Both the position numbers and the translations under genes were made by a program. From Eledone cirrhosa (lineage: Eukaryota), in NCBI GenBank assembly GCA_964016885.1, contig OZ024746.1, forward strand, positions 73,222,001 through 73,286,000: a stretch of DNA of 64,000 nucleotides, in the 5' to 3' direction. A model generated the notes under the pieces. That model was not told the origin of the DNA. It saw nothing but the letters and a program-made list of their open reading frames with translations, and searched no databases. Positions 1 to 12,525 of this stretch are shown in pieces. Positions within the stretch are counted from its first letter, which is position 1; every line of letters begins with the position of its first letter.

Positions 1-2
1 TA

Positions 3-83
3 ACACACGTACAAATCCAAAGAGATCTTTTTCGCCAGTAAGTTGTGGACAGAAATGGAATAACCCCGATCCTCAGCGTGTGT
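3..83 (-). ncRNA. Type-I hammerhead ribozyme motif (copy in left arm)
   Basis: Minus strand: ACACACG-CTGAGGA-stem II-GAAA-AAGATCTCTTTGGATTT-GTA-CGTGTGT; 7-bp stem I. Confidence 0.65.
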
Positions 84-271
84 AAGGCTATTACATTTCA
101 GACAACACTAAGAGAATTTTAAAAGTGACTGTCCAGCTACACGTGGCAGAGAGAAGTCACAGCGTGTTTAAGGGCAGTGAACCAGTGGCCTCTGAGGGAC
201 TTCTCTCTGTCACGTGTAGCTGGACAGTCACTTTTAAAATTCTCTTAGTGTTGTCTGAAATGTATAGCCTT

Positions 272-353
272 ACACACGCTGAGGAACCGGGGTTATTCCA
301 TTTCTGTCAACAACTTACTGGCGAAAAATATCTCTTTGGATTTGTACGTGTGT
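272..353 (+). ncRNA. Type-I hammerhead ribozyme motif (copy in right arm)
   Basis: ACACACG(272-278)-CTGAGGA(279-285)...GAAA(323-326)...GTA(344-346)-CGTGTGT(347-353); stems II and III imperfect. Confidence 0.65.
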
Positions 354-517
354 TATATAGTTATAGAGGTATTTATTTACGCTTTAATTTATATTTTTAA
401 TTATCGTGTCTATAGTCTGCCTTTCATAGGTTATAGATTCCATACACTGGTGGTTTTTTCCCTGTTTTATTGATAGCGCACTGTATATCTCTCTCTAGTG
501 TGTTACCTTTTCAACAT

Positions 518-559
<42 letters not shown>

Positions 560-848
560 ATACAATAACAGAGATAGTTTAAAGCTAAACTCTGACTGGT
601 AACCATCTCACTCAACAAACATATTAGGTTATATTAAAATATAAACCCAATTTAAGTGTTTGGGGTGCTAACAATATGTATAATGTGGAAAAACCAGTTG
701 TATTATTTTATGAGATATAATTAAAGTTAAAGTATATCTCTCTTTCCAAACAATTGTTTCATTATAAGTTTTCTACAACTTGGGAGAATGTTTCCAGTTT
801 ATGTAGAAGCCTAATATATATTCATGTAAGAATATATTTAGGTGGGCA

Positions 849-895
<47 letters not shown>

Positions 896-910
896 CTTGT
901 ATTCGCGAAC

Positions 911-944
911 GTATACTTTCGGTCATTACCCAAGATTCATGACC
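911..944 (-). ncRNA. Degenerate hammerhead 3' part (core CTGAnGA eroded)
   Basis: Minus strand GGTCAT-loop-ATGACC-GAAA-GTATAC palindrome, next to a (TA)n tract. Confidence 0.4.
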
Positions 945-1375
945 ATAGATAAGGGTGGTGGGGCAGAATACCAAATTGAAGATAGAAAGTTTAGCTTTTA
1001 CACCTACCTCCCTTCTTCTGATTCCCGAATATCACTGTCTGTATGTGTATCTGTGTCTGAGTAGATAAGCAAATATATCCTGTAAGGTATATGATTATCA
1101 TTCATTGTTTGCTGATCCGGCTTGTTATCTTTATTTTTCTACGTCTATTTTTGCGTACCTCCAAGTGTGAATAATTTCCATGCTTCAATTCAACTTGTGT
1201 GAACCAGTATTAACTCTTCTAATTTATATTTAATTTTGTATGCAGCGTTTGTTCGCAAGAACAAAGCTTACACATACAAAATAAATTACTCAATACTTTA
1301 AGAAGTAGAGTATATTATATTCGATTCTATGGGAATTTAATCACACACACACACGCGCGCACGCACGCACACACG

Positions 1376-1437
<62 letters not shown>

Positions 1438-1568
1438 AACATATATATAGACATACAGATACATATAAGTATATATAATTACAGATGGAACAAAACGATA
1501 TAAACGGAACAAATGGTATCCGTTCTAGGCAACTACATCCTACATCCATTAGATGCCAACGGATTTCC

Positions 1569-1643
<75 letters not shown>

Positions 1644-1846
1644 TATGTATACGTACATACATATATGTATACAGACGTAATGTAGTATGTATATACATAC
1701 ATATATGCACACATATATATATGTTCGTATGGGTTTAGCGAACATTTATTATAATGCTCGGTTTGTTTGTAAACAAACAGCCCGAATTATTAGCCGTACA
1801 GTGTTCAGCAACCATCGTTGCCCTTTTGTTCAACACTGACAAAGGA

Positions 1847-1889
1847 ACAATGAACTAGTTTGTAGCTTATTAGCTGTCATCAGCACCGT
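1847..1889 (-). ncRNA. Hammerhead motif with GAAA mutated to CAAA (probably inactive)
   Basis: Minus strand ACGGTG-CTGATGA-CAGCTAATAAGCTA-CAAA-CTAGTT-CATTGT. Confidence 0.6.
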
Positions 1890-2288
1890 ATACCTTCCTG
1901 TCAGCTGATTGAACGTTTGAAAGTATATACTTTCCTTATGCATATTAACAGCTGAGCAGCCTAATTCGCATATCGACTTTACATACAAACCGAGCATTAT
2001 AATAAATGTTCGGTAAACCCATACGTACATATATATATATATATGTGTGCATGTATGTATGTATATACATACTACTGTACGTCTGTATACATATATGTAT
2101 GTATACATACTTATATTTAAGTATCAGCCGTACTAAGAGTGAGAAATGAAATTTCATTTTTTCCATTTATCGTTTTCGGTACGCCCGGCCGACTAACTCA
2201 CTGGATATGCAAATTAGGCTGCTCAACCGTTAATATGCATAAGGAAAGTATATACTTTCAAATGTTCAGTCAACTCACAGGAAGATAT

Positions 2289-2331
2289 ACGGTGCTGATG
2301 ACAGCTAATACGCTAGAAACTAGTTCATTGT
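2289..2331 (+). ncRNA. Minimal type-I hammerhead ribozyme
   Basis: ACGGTG-CTGATGA-C-AGC-TAATAC-GCT-A-GAAA-CTAG-TT-CATTGT; palindromic stem III ACTAGT; stem I 6 bp with two GU pairs. Confidence 0.75.
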
Positions 2332-2608
2332 TCCTTTTTCAGTGTTGAACAAAAGGGCAACGATGGTTGCCGAACACTGTACGGCTAATAATTCGGGCTA
2401 TTTGTTTACAAACAATCCGAGCATTATAATAAATGTTCGGTAACCTATACGTACATATATATATATGTATGCATGTATGTATATATATACATACTACTGT
2501 ACGTCTGTATACATATATGTATGTACGTATACATACTTATATTTAAGTATCAGCCGTACTAAGAGTGAGAAATGAAATTTCATTTTTTCCATTTATATAT
2601 ATATATAT

Positions 2609-2770
2609 AGTAATAATAATAAATTTGAAGACTAAAATCCAAAGAAGGCTCGATAAGGATAAATATATATCACATATATAAGAACCGAAGAGCAAATATT
2701 TATTAAAATAACAGATTAAACTGTAAGCAAAGAATCGCTGCTTTCACCCTTAACGGGATCTTCTGAAACT
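2609..2770 (-). mobile_element. Short dispersed module (element 3' end) with degenerate hammerhead; other copies at ~4400-4497 and ~42425-42530
   Basis: Near-identical tagtaataataataaatttgaagactaaaatccaaaga... in three places, each abutting (TA)n; minus strand CAGAAGA-TCCC-GTTAA-GGGT-GAAA at 2742-2765, then AATAAA. Confidence 0.7.
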
Positions 2771-2850
2771 AACAAAGTCAGTCTGTGAACGCAGAAGTGA
2801 ATATTTCAAAAAACGTTGCAACCGGAGGAAGACAGGAAGACGATACTTTG

Positions 2851-3079
2851 GTTCGTGGAAACGTTCCCTGGCAAAGAACGGGAAAAAACGAATATAATAC
2901 GTCATTATTTGGAGCGGTGAAAAACAATTACACGCAAAGACAATACCACGTTTATGGTATAAAAGAAGTCGTAGACTAATGTTCTCTTAGGTGGTTCATA
3001 GAGACGTTCTCTGGCAAACAACAGAAAAAACGAAGAGAATACGTCATATGAGGAGCGGGGAGAACAATTGCACGCAAAG

Positions 3080-3085
<6 letters not shown>
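2851..3085. repeat. Diverged tandem duplication (period ~143 bp)
   Basis: gttcgtggaaacgttccctggcaaa...cacgcaaagacaata recurs as gttcatagagacgttctctggcaaa...cacgcaaagacaata. Confidence 0.75.
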
Positions 3086-3127
<42 letters not shown>

Positions 3128-3151
3128 TTTTAATATAGATAAGATTCTACA

Positions 3152-3190
3152 GGACTAGAACTGTTTCATTCTTTAGAAATCATCAGGAAA
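3152..3190 (-). ncRNA. Weak hammerhead-like motif
   Basis: Minus strand CTGATGA-T-TTC-TAAA-GAA-T-GAAA-CAGTTCTA-GTC in an ~85-bp island between (TA)n tracts; stems I and III poor. Confidence 0.4.
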
Positions 3191-3207
3191 TCCTTAGAAA
3201 TCATCAA

Positions 3208-3285
<78 letters not shown>

Positions 3286-3329
3286 GGAAATGCGTTGGCA
3301 TCTAAAGGATGTATATATACATACATATA

Positions 3330-3364
<35 letters not shown>

Positions 3365-3377
3365 CATATATATATAT

Positions 3378-3410
<33 letters not shown>

Positions 3411-4080
3411 AATATATATATAAATATATATATATGTGTGTGTGTGTGTGTAAATATATGTATGTATATATACAAGAAAATAAATAAAATTTCATTTGTG
3501 TAGATCAAATCAATTATGCTTGAGGTGAATGCACAAACATAATGAATATGGAAGACTGCTTACCAAATGTTTTCCCGGCGTGTTCCTTGGAGTTGCGTAG
3601 CATAGGTATCTAGGTAAAAAGGTTATGGTACAATTTCCAAGGAGAAATTCACTGAGTATTTATACGTATAAATATAGTACTAGGAAAAATCAGGATACAC
3701 TAGGCAGGACTATGTGGACAGTAGAATTTATTGTGTGTTCAATCTTTAACATATGTTTATGTACAATTACGTAACAGCCTACATCCACTGATTACATTAT
3801 ATAATTGTAAAACCGCTGGCTGCTATGATGATTATAGCAAAGAATCAGGTTAAACAAAACATAAACAGTAATTTTGATTCTGTTGTGCAAGCCAGCCATA
3901 AACAGTTTATTATTCCTCACCGCGCGAAATAATGTGGTTAGAAGGAAGCTGAAGAGGTCCCGACATAATAGATTGTCCTTTGCTTTCTCCACTGCTATCC
4001 CATTCTTACTTCTCCATGTCAACATTAAAATCTCTATCACTTTCATTCTCACTCTTCACCCCTCTCTCTCTCTCACACTT

Positions 4081-4168
<88 letters not shown>

Positions 4169-4715
4169 CTCTCTCACTCACTCTCTCTCTCTCCCATTTC
4201 ACAACATGTGCTATACGCTCTATTCCTTTTGTTCTCTTTCTCGTTTCTCGTCCTAACATTTTCTTTCTTTCTTCTTTGACCGCTCTTCCGTTCATTATTT
4301 TTTTGGCTATGATCATCATAGCAACCGGCTGTTTTATAGGTATTCCTGCGTTCGAGCATCCTATAATTTTACGATATATATATATATATATATATATATA
4401 GTAATAATAATAAATTTGAAGACTAAAACCCAAAGAAGGCTCGATAAGGATAAATATATATCAAATATATAAGAACCGTAGAGCAAATATTTATTATATG
4501 TATATATATATATATATATAAAGAAAGAAAAGATATGGCGTAACTGGAGCAAAGTCAAAACAAGGAGGAGATACCGAGAATCAAAATATTATTTGAAATG
4601 TCACTGAATGTTTGATAAACGAACATTGACGATTAAAGAACCATTTGAATGTTAAACAAACCAATTTACACCATTGGCAGCATAGAGCTCACAATGTATA
4701 TAAAAGTATCTGTTT

Positions 4716-4716
<1 letters not shown>

Positions 4717-4746
<30 letters not shown>

Positions 4747-4799
4747 AAGAAGAAGAAGAAGAAGAAGAAGAAGAAGAAGAAGAAGAAGAAGAAGAAGAA
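4717..4799. repeat. (AAG)n microsatellite
   Basis: Pure AAG run. Confidence 0.95.
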
Positions 4800-4800
4800 A

Positions 4801-4845
<45 letters not shown>

Positions 4846-5509
4846 TATAGATTGATGGCGTACTGATAATGATGGTCATCGTACTTCAAATGAAGGAACC
4901 TAGTAAATGTCATCTTGTTGTTATAGAAATATTTAAAAATAGCGAAAACAAATTTGTAATATGAGGGAGAATAGGAAATAGCACTGCTTGAAAATAAAAC
5001 AAGAGATCTTTTCTTCAACTTAAATAATGTATCTCGCTATAATGTTGGCATTAACCTGATTAAAGTTATCGTCTGCGTTTCCTGGAATAGCGTATTTCTC
5101 TAAACGACGTCAAAAATAATTGCTTAGCAATGATATAGTAATAATCTTTTATCATTTTAATTTTCTTCCAAGAATCTGATTCTGGCAGGTGAAAAGTTAA
5201 GAAAAGGTGGTGGAGGGGATGGAAAAGGGAGGAAAACTGTGATCAATATCGGAACCCATTACTTACTAAGTATATTTCAAGAAAAATAAAAAAAATCAAT
5301 AACACTTTCTAAATGAACGTACAAATTATCATTATCACAAAAGACTAACAACAAGTAAATGATTAATTGAATAAATATATAAAAATTGTAATCTAAGATT
5401 TTATTTGCATTAAAAGATATTAATAATATATTTCCATTTTTAGACATCAGTCGTTTTATACAGCTAGAACAACTATAACATTCAATTCAGGAACAACAAC
5501 AACAACAAC

Positions 5510-5540
<31 letters not shown>

Positions 5541-5691
5541 CGACGACGACGACGAAGATGACGACAACAATAACAGATATAACAACAGCATCGAGAAAAA
5601 TAGTAGCTGCTGCAGTGTGAGCACGAATTGTAGTCAGAAGAGTAAGGACGAATAGGAACAGACACATAACTGGGAACAGATGAACTGCACT

Positions 5692-5854
5692 TACTACTAC
5701 TACTACTACTACCACCACCACCACCACCACCACTACTACTACTACTACTACTGCTGCTACTACTACCTCCACCACTACTACTACTACTACTACTACCACC
5801 TCCACCACTACTACTACAACAACTACTACTACTACCATTACCACCACCACCACC

Positions 5855-5887
<33 letters not shown>

Positions 5888-5897
5888 GCTGCTGCTG

Positions 5898-5971
<74 letters not shown>

Positions 5972-5987
5972 GCTGCTACTACTACCT

Positions 5988-6018
<31 letters not shown>

Positions 6019-6067
6019 CACCTCCACCACTACTACTACAACAACTACTACTACTACCATTACCACC

Positions 6068-6100
<33 letters not shown>

Positions 6101-6110
6101 GCTGCTGCTG

Positions 6111-6147
<37 letters not shown>

Positions 6148-6448
6148 CACCTCCACCACTACTACTACAACAACTACTACTACTACCATTACCACCACTA
6201 CTACTACCACCACCACCACCACCACCACTACTACTACAAGAACTGCTACTACTACTACTACCATTACCACCACCACCACGACCACCACCACTACCACTAC
6301 CACCACCACCACCACTACTACTACTACAACAACTACTACTACCACTACTACCATTACCACCACCACCCCCACTACTACTACAAGAACTACTACTACTACC
6401 ATTACCACCCCACCACCACCACCACCACCACCACTACTACTACTACCA
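5692..6448. repeat. Compound (TAC/CAC/TGC)n trinucleotide array with higher-order repetition
   Basis: Blocks such as TAC..CAC CTC CAC..AAC AAC..CAT TAC recur three to four times. Confidence 0.9.
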
Positions 6449-6456
6449 TTATCATT

Positions 6457-6639
6457 AATTGTTTCTACGTTAGGCACAAGGCCAGCAAATACCCAGTGCA
6501 TTACTGGTACTTTATTTTATCGACCCCGTAAGGATGAAAGGCAACGTCAACCTCGGCGGGATTTGAACTCAGATCGTAAAGGGACGTAACTATGCTGGAA
6601 AGCATGGCGTCCGACCCTCTACCGATACTGCCAATCCAC
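6457..6639 (-). mobile_element. tRNA-derived SINE, family A
   Basis: Reverse complement has A box TGGCAGTATCGG, B box GAGTTCAAATCC, central gcctttcatccttacggggtcgataaaataaagtaccag and tail gtagaaacaatt. Confidence 0.9.
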
Positions 6640-6933
6640 ACAACAAAAAAAGATGTGTCATCATATCCACAAATTATTTCAACAGCAAAGGCAAAGACAA
6701 CAACAACAAAAATAGCAGCAAAAAAAACAACAACTGCAGAAACAACAGTAACAATAAGAACAACAACAGCAAAAAGTTAACGTGAAAGCAGAAATTTGAA
6801 ACATTAACAACATGAATATAATATAATATTAAACAATAAACCACTATACACCCAGAAACGAAACACTACAAGAACACACGCATACACATGTGTATATATA
6901 TATATATATATACATGTATATATATATATATAT

Positions 6934-7009
<76 letters not shown>

Positions 7010-7012
7010 GTG

Positions 7013-7068
<56 letters not shown>

Positions 7069-7110
7069 CGAAACATAAGTCAATTGCATGAACTCATAAT
7101 CCTTTATTTA

Positions 7111-7165
7111 TGGCTATATATATTTCGATGATAGCCATTGAATGGCTATGACCTCATCAGGCAGT
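7111..7165 (-). ncRNA. Hammerhead ribozyme motif
   Basis: Minus strand GC-CTGATGA-GGTC-ATAGCCA-TTCAA-TGGCTAT-CATC-GAAA-TATATA-TA-GC, then AATAAA; a second 3'-half motif GTGAC-GAAA-CATAA-GTC lies on + at 7065-7081. Confidence 0.7.
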
Positions 7166-7413
7166 TAGTCAGTTCAACTAGAAATTGATTAACATATAAA
7201 TAAACATATGAAACAATCACAGGGGATAATTTTTACAAGTGTGCAAGCACACATAGCTAGGTAAGTAACTAAATAAAGTTAACTAGAACTTCAAAAATAG
7301 ATACCTTATAATATGATTAATCTTCCCTGTATATATTCCATGTATATATTCCTTTGTGGCATGACACCCATAATTTTAATTTAGATTAAATTCACTTTGA
7401 TTTATCTTAATTT

Positions 7414-7469
<56 letters not shown>

Positions 7470-7678
7470 AATAAGGGCGCTGCGGAGTTGCAAATGGGTT
7501 ACATATGAAAAAAGTTTGTCCTTCATCAGTGATCTTCCAACCATCATAGGCATTTCATCGCTTTAAAGACCATATACCTCCGGTTGGTGCGAGCAACGGC
7601 TAAAAAAAGTCGTTGGGACACGTAAATAAAGGGGACGCGAGGGTAAACAAACAAAATGGTGAAGCAACAGAAAGTGAG

Positions 7679-7749
<71 letters not shown>

Positions 7750-7752
<3 letters not shown>

Positions 7753-8341
7753 GGAAGCCGCTAGAATTGGTTGAGGACTTCCTGTATTTGGGAGCAAAGA
7801 ATGGGAATACGGAAGATGATGTGGTTGAGAGGAAGAGCAAAGCCTGGGCGGCATGCCACAGCTTGAGATCGGTGTGGAATTCGGGATTCGTAAAGACCTG
7901 AAAATACGCCTCTTCATTGCTGTAGTGGAGTATGTGCTGCTGTACGCGTCTGAGACTTGGACACTGACCAAGAAACTCACTCAGATGGTGGGTGGGTGCT
8001 ACACGAGAATGCTGAGGATGGCTCTGAACATTCATCAGTATACACTGAGGATGAAAAACTCAGAGATGTATGGGAACCTCCCAAAAGTCAGCTCAAAAGT
8101 GACACAGAGGAGACTGTGGTTAGCTGGACATGCTCACCGAAATCCAGAGTTGACATTGCACTCAGTGCTCCTGTGGGACCCCTTACATGGACACACTGGA
8201 AGAGGAAACCAAGGTTAACGTATGTTGATGCCCTAAGGAAAGACACTGGTCTGTTGGAGACGCAGGACATGGCAGCGATAATGAGGGATAGAGACCACTG
8301 GAGAGAACTCGGCCATGGATCTCGGGAATTTTACCCGCCCT

Positions 8342-8343
<2 letters not shown>
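7750..8343 (+). mobile_element. RTE-clade LINE, 3' RT/thumb fragment (frameshifted)
   Basis: Peptides [55 protein letters not shown] typical of RTE C-termini. Confidence 0.85.
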
Positions 8344-8410
<67 letters not shown>

Positions 8411-8413
8411 CAT

Positions 8414-8457
<44 letters not shown>

Positions 8458-8512
8458 ATATACATGTATATTTGATCTCGGGAATTTTACCCGGTCTATA
8501 TATATATATATA

Positions 8513-8570
8513 TAGGAACCAGTAAGACCCCGACAGCTGAGCTCAAGCCGTTTCGACGGCTAATTCTGGA
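8513..8570 (-). mobile_element. Short dispersed module family B (gtcgaaacggcttgagctcag); other copies at 43627-43838, 50720-50855, 56470-56600, 63545-63755
   Basis: Near-identical sequence in several places, always abutting (TA)n. Confidence 0.85.
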
Positions 8571-8598
8571 ATATCAAGAATTTGAAGACAATTCATTT

Positions 8599-8672
8599 TC
8601 ACCTGATGAGATCAGTGATAATCGATCATGGCTTCACAATCGATCTATCTCTTATTGAAACATGTGTCGTGA
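8599..8672 (+). ncRNA. Type-I hammerhead ribozyme with long stem II
   Basis: TCAC-CTGATGA-GAT..GATA-ATCGAT..ATCGAT-C-TATC..ATT-GAAA-CATGT-GTC-GTGA; GUC cleavage triplet, palindrome ACATGT. Confidence 0.8.
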
Positions 8673-8900
8673 TTAAATGATTGGAATTTTACCTTGCCTT
8701 CGGATTTTCATTTTGATACTTATACTCCGTTTTACATCATCTAGCTGTTCCCTTGAATGGAATTTGAGATATACAAAAGCGTGGAGAACTTAATATTGCT
8801 AACATAAAGTTATTGGACCATTTTACACAACCAATAATGCACCTTACTATATAACAACTATATATATATATATATACACTCACATCATATTCAGTACATC

Positions 8901-9016
<116 letters not shown>

Positions 9017-9895
9017 GTATTAACAACACAATGACATGAAAGAAAAAATATTACATTTAATAAGAGCAATGTAAACAACAGTATAATGTTAATATAATAT
9101 CACTAACAGAAACTATATTAATGGCGGAAATAAACATAAATCAATACTGCTTTGGCTTTACTTATTTTTGTTATTGTTATCTTTCTAATGAAGCGAAATT
9201 AAAATAAAATCCAGAGAACATTATGATTATTTCTCTCAAATAATCCATCATACTGTTGATTTGTTACCATTCAGTCCAAGGTTATCACATTTATTCTTTC
9301 TTCTTTAGCAACGAGCCAATTACGAGTCACCTTGTTTAATTCACTTCATATCCAATCAAAGTTTATTAAGATATCTATTTTTATTAATGTTTTTTTTTTC
9401 TTCTAGAAACATCTTGCTATTAGTATGTTCATTTAGCTCCTTACAATCCAATTCATAGTTCTTCATTTTATAAGAAGATTTGTTGTTCGATAGACACAAA
9501 TTAGATATTGGGAGAGTATCAAGTACTTTTAAAGGCATGCTGGCGTCGTAACCATTACGTAGATGCTTGCACATGTCTACCTATTCCTATACATGTAGGT
9601 GTGTGCATGTATGTATGTATGTATGTATGTATGTATGTATGTATGTATGTATGTATGTATGTATGTATGTATGTATGTATGTATTTCAAGTATGCATGTA
9701 TGTGTGCATTTATATAAGTGTATGTAAGCATTCGTTTAACCAGATACATACTAACGTCAAAAGCCACATCATCTAATCGAGGCATTTATTCCTTGAGAGT
9801 ACACTACAACTAATTAAGAAATTATATCGAGCTATGACCAATACCTATACTCAATATCCATACACGTAATATACATACATACATACATACATATA

Positions 9896-9927
<32 letters not shown>

Positions 9928-9997
9928 ATAAGGGTTGACGGACCCAGCATATTTATCAATGCCAGTACCGGTTGTATCTCAGCGCACTCAATGGGCA

Positions 9998-10084
<87 letters not shown>

Positions 10085-10104
10085 AGTATATATATACATA
10101 CACT

Positions 10105-10332
<228 letters not shown>

Positions 10333-10583
10333 GTGTCTTTGTGTGCGTGCATGTGAGTTATATATACGTATGTATGCACGTATGTATGTTTGACCTTCTT
10401 GCTTCTTGCCTTAGTTTATAAATGTCTAACTAATCAAGAACATGCCAGTTTGCAGACTAAAACATAACTCCTTCACTGGAATTTATAAAACACCAAATCA
10501 TGTATGTATGCGTGCATGCATAATTTCATAACATTGCATGTCTTGTGTAAATGTATATGTTCTGACATAGATATGTGTAAACG

Positions 10584-10643
<60 letters not shown>

Positions 10644-11007
10644 TGGTAAACAGAATAGGAAATGCTGACAAATTGTTCACAGTGAAAAATAGTTTAATTA
10701 GGAATAAGTGAGAATTAGTAATAGTATTGGTTAGTATTCAGTTTTGGTTTTTACCGGTTGCGCATTTCTAATGCTTTTCAAAAATAATTTTGAGATAGAG
10801 CGTCTGTGATGTTTGCTCTGATCTGTATATATATATAAACATCACGGACGCTCTATCTCAAAATTATTTTTGAAAAGCATTAGAAATGCGCAACCGGTAA
10901 AAACCAAAACTGAATACTAATCAATACTATTACTAATTCTCACTTATTCCTAATTAAACTAGTTTTCACTGTGAACAATTTGTCAGCATTTTCTATTCCG
11001 TTTACCA
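10644..11007. repeat. Fold-back inverted repeat (arms 10644-10814 and 10837-11007) of module family C; other copies at ~32575-32765 and ~41151-41341
   Basis: tggtaaacagaataggaaatgctgac...gtgatgttt versus aaacatcac...gtcagcattttctattccgtttacca, spacer containing (TA)6. Confidence 0.9.
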
Positions 11008-11043
11008 ATATATCATAACTTCTGTGTTACACCTCTATTCTTT

Positions 11044-11098
<55 letters not shown>

Positions 11099-11410
11099 CT
11101 ATTACAGGTTAAAATCTGAAATATTTTATACATTATCAGTTTCTTTATTGATTTGTAATTTTATTTAATTAGTCATGCACTTTTTAAATTTCTGTAACCT
11201 AGCTTCTGAAGATTGGTGTTCAGGCAGTTTGTTTCACAAACAAGTACACAAACAATCTTTGCTATAAATATGAAGATGTAATCTAAAAGTAATGCCTGCA
11301 GATTCTTCATTAGTTCGATATAGACGTATTCATTTTCTTTTAGCTTTTAGCATTATCGTAATTTCTCTCGGGGAACAGATTTCTATGACACCTTTTTCTC
11401 AGCTATGCTT

Positions 11411-11530
<120 letters not shown>

Positions 11531-11561
11531 CAGTGTGTTTGAATATGCATATATGTGTTTG

Positions 11562-11627
<66 letters not shown>

Positions 11628-12183
11628 CGTGTGAATCTGTGTGCGTGCGTGTGTGTGGTCAGCAAATCATATCTTCTTGTATTTCATATTTTATCGCAAA
11701 TATTAATTAGAATATATACTGGACAAAGGAAAATCTCTTTTACAATCCACATCATTTTTAGAAATTTATCAGCTATCACCATTGATTTTTTTCCTATTTC
11801 TATTCATCACCTTCATACAGAATATTATCATTTTAGTGTTTTAATCAATTTCTTACATTCAAACGGAAATATTTTCCAAATATTTAATTATATATATATA
11901 TAAACTCTTCTAAACTATTTCCTTTAATTTTTAGAATTTTTAGAATTTCTTTCATTGGCACAATCTATTTCTATAGACAATTTTACCTTTCAGGACCCAG
12001 AATTACATTTCAACATTTTCGGGTTTCTTTTTTTTTTCTGAGAGACGCCTGTATATTCGTTGTACTTGCTTTAGCATCTATTGCGTTCAAAGTAGCGGTC
12101 AGTAGTGTTTTCAGTATATATGTATATATATATATAGAATAGAAAACGAAAAATCAGTGATGCATCTGAACTCAATTTATTGT

Positions 12184-12391
12184 GTGTTACAATTGTTTCG
12201 CCGACGGACAGCTCGAGCCGCGATCATTGTGTGGATCTGTCTGATTCTGGACCCGCAGGTTCGACGGACACGTCTAATGATTTCGGAGCACATTCTCTTC
12301 TGAGAGAATATGCTCCGAATATGCTCTATAAGAGCATAGAGTGCTCAACGGGCATACCGCCTATGGAAGCATCTTAGCTACCATCAGACAC
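12184..12391 (-). ncRNA. Hammerhead-like motif with a ~180-nt multi-hairpin insert
   Basis: Minus strand GTGT-CTGATGG...GAAA-CAATTG-TA-ACAC-AC-AATAAA; internal hairpins ttcggagca..tgctccgaa and tatgctc..gagcata. Confidence 0.45.
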
Positions 12392-12456
<65 letters not shown>

Positions 12457-12525
12457 TATTTTCATTTAATTTATTAAATAAAAATGGCGTAGGCATTACA
12501 ATACAACGGGAGGAAACATAATAGT

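Larger units (their letters stand above)
1..355. repeat. Fold-back inverted repeat (arms ~1-158 and ~198-355, ~39-nt spacer); left arm may run beyond the window
   Basis: taacacacgtacaaatccaaagaga...gagaagtc is the reverse complement of gacttctc...tctctttggatttgtacgtgtgtta with about 5 differences. Confidence 0.9.
1637..2595. mobile_element. Pseudo-LTR-like composite with an inverted copy plus a partial tandem copy
   Basis: ~1641-1975 is inverted relative to ~2203-2540; ~1978-2168 is a direct repeat of ~2406-2595; bounded by (TA)n. Confidence 0.8.

Noticed and set aside
5056-5099. Possible 44-nt minus-strand micro-exon (EKYAIPGNADDNFNQ) with AG/GT borders
   Set aside because: Splice signals this weak arise by chance; no recognisable homology; needs RNA-seq
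7523-7529. CTGATGA on the minus strand
   Set aside because: No stem II-GAAA follows
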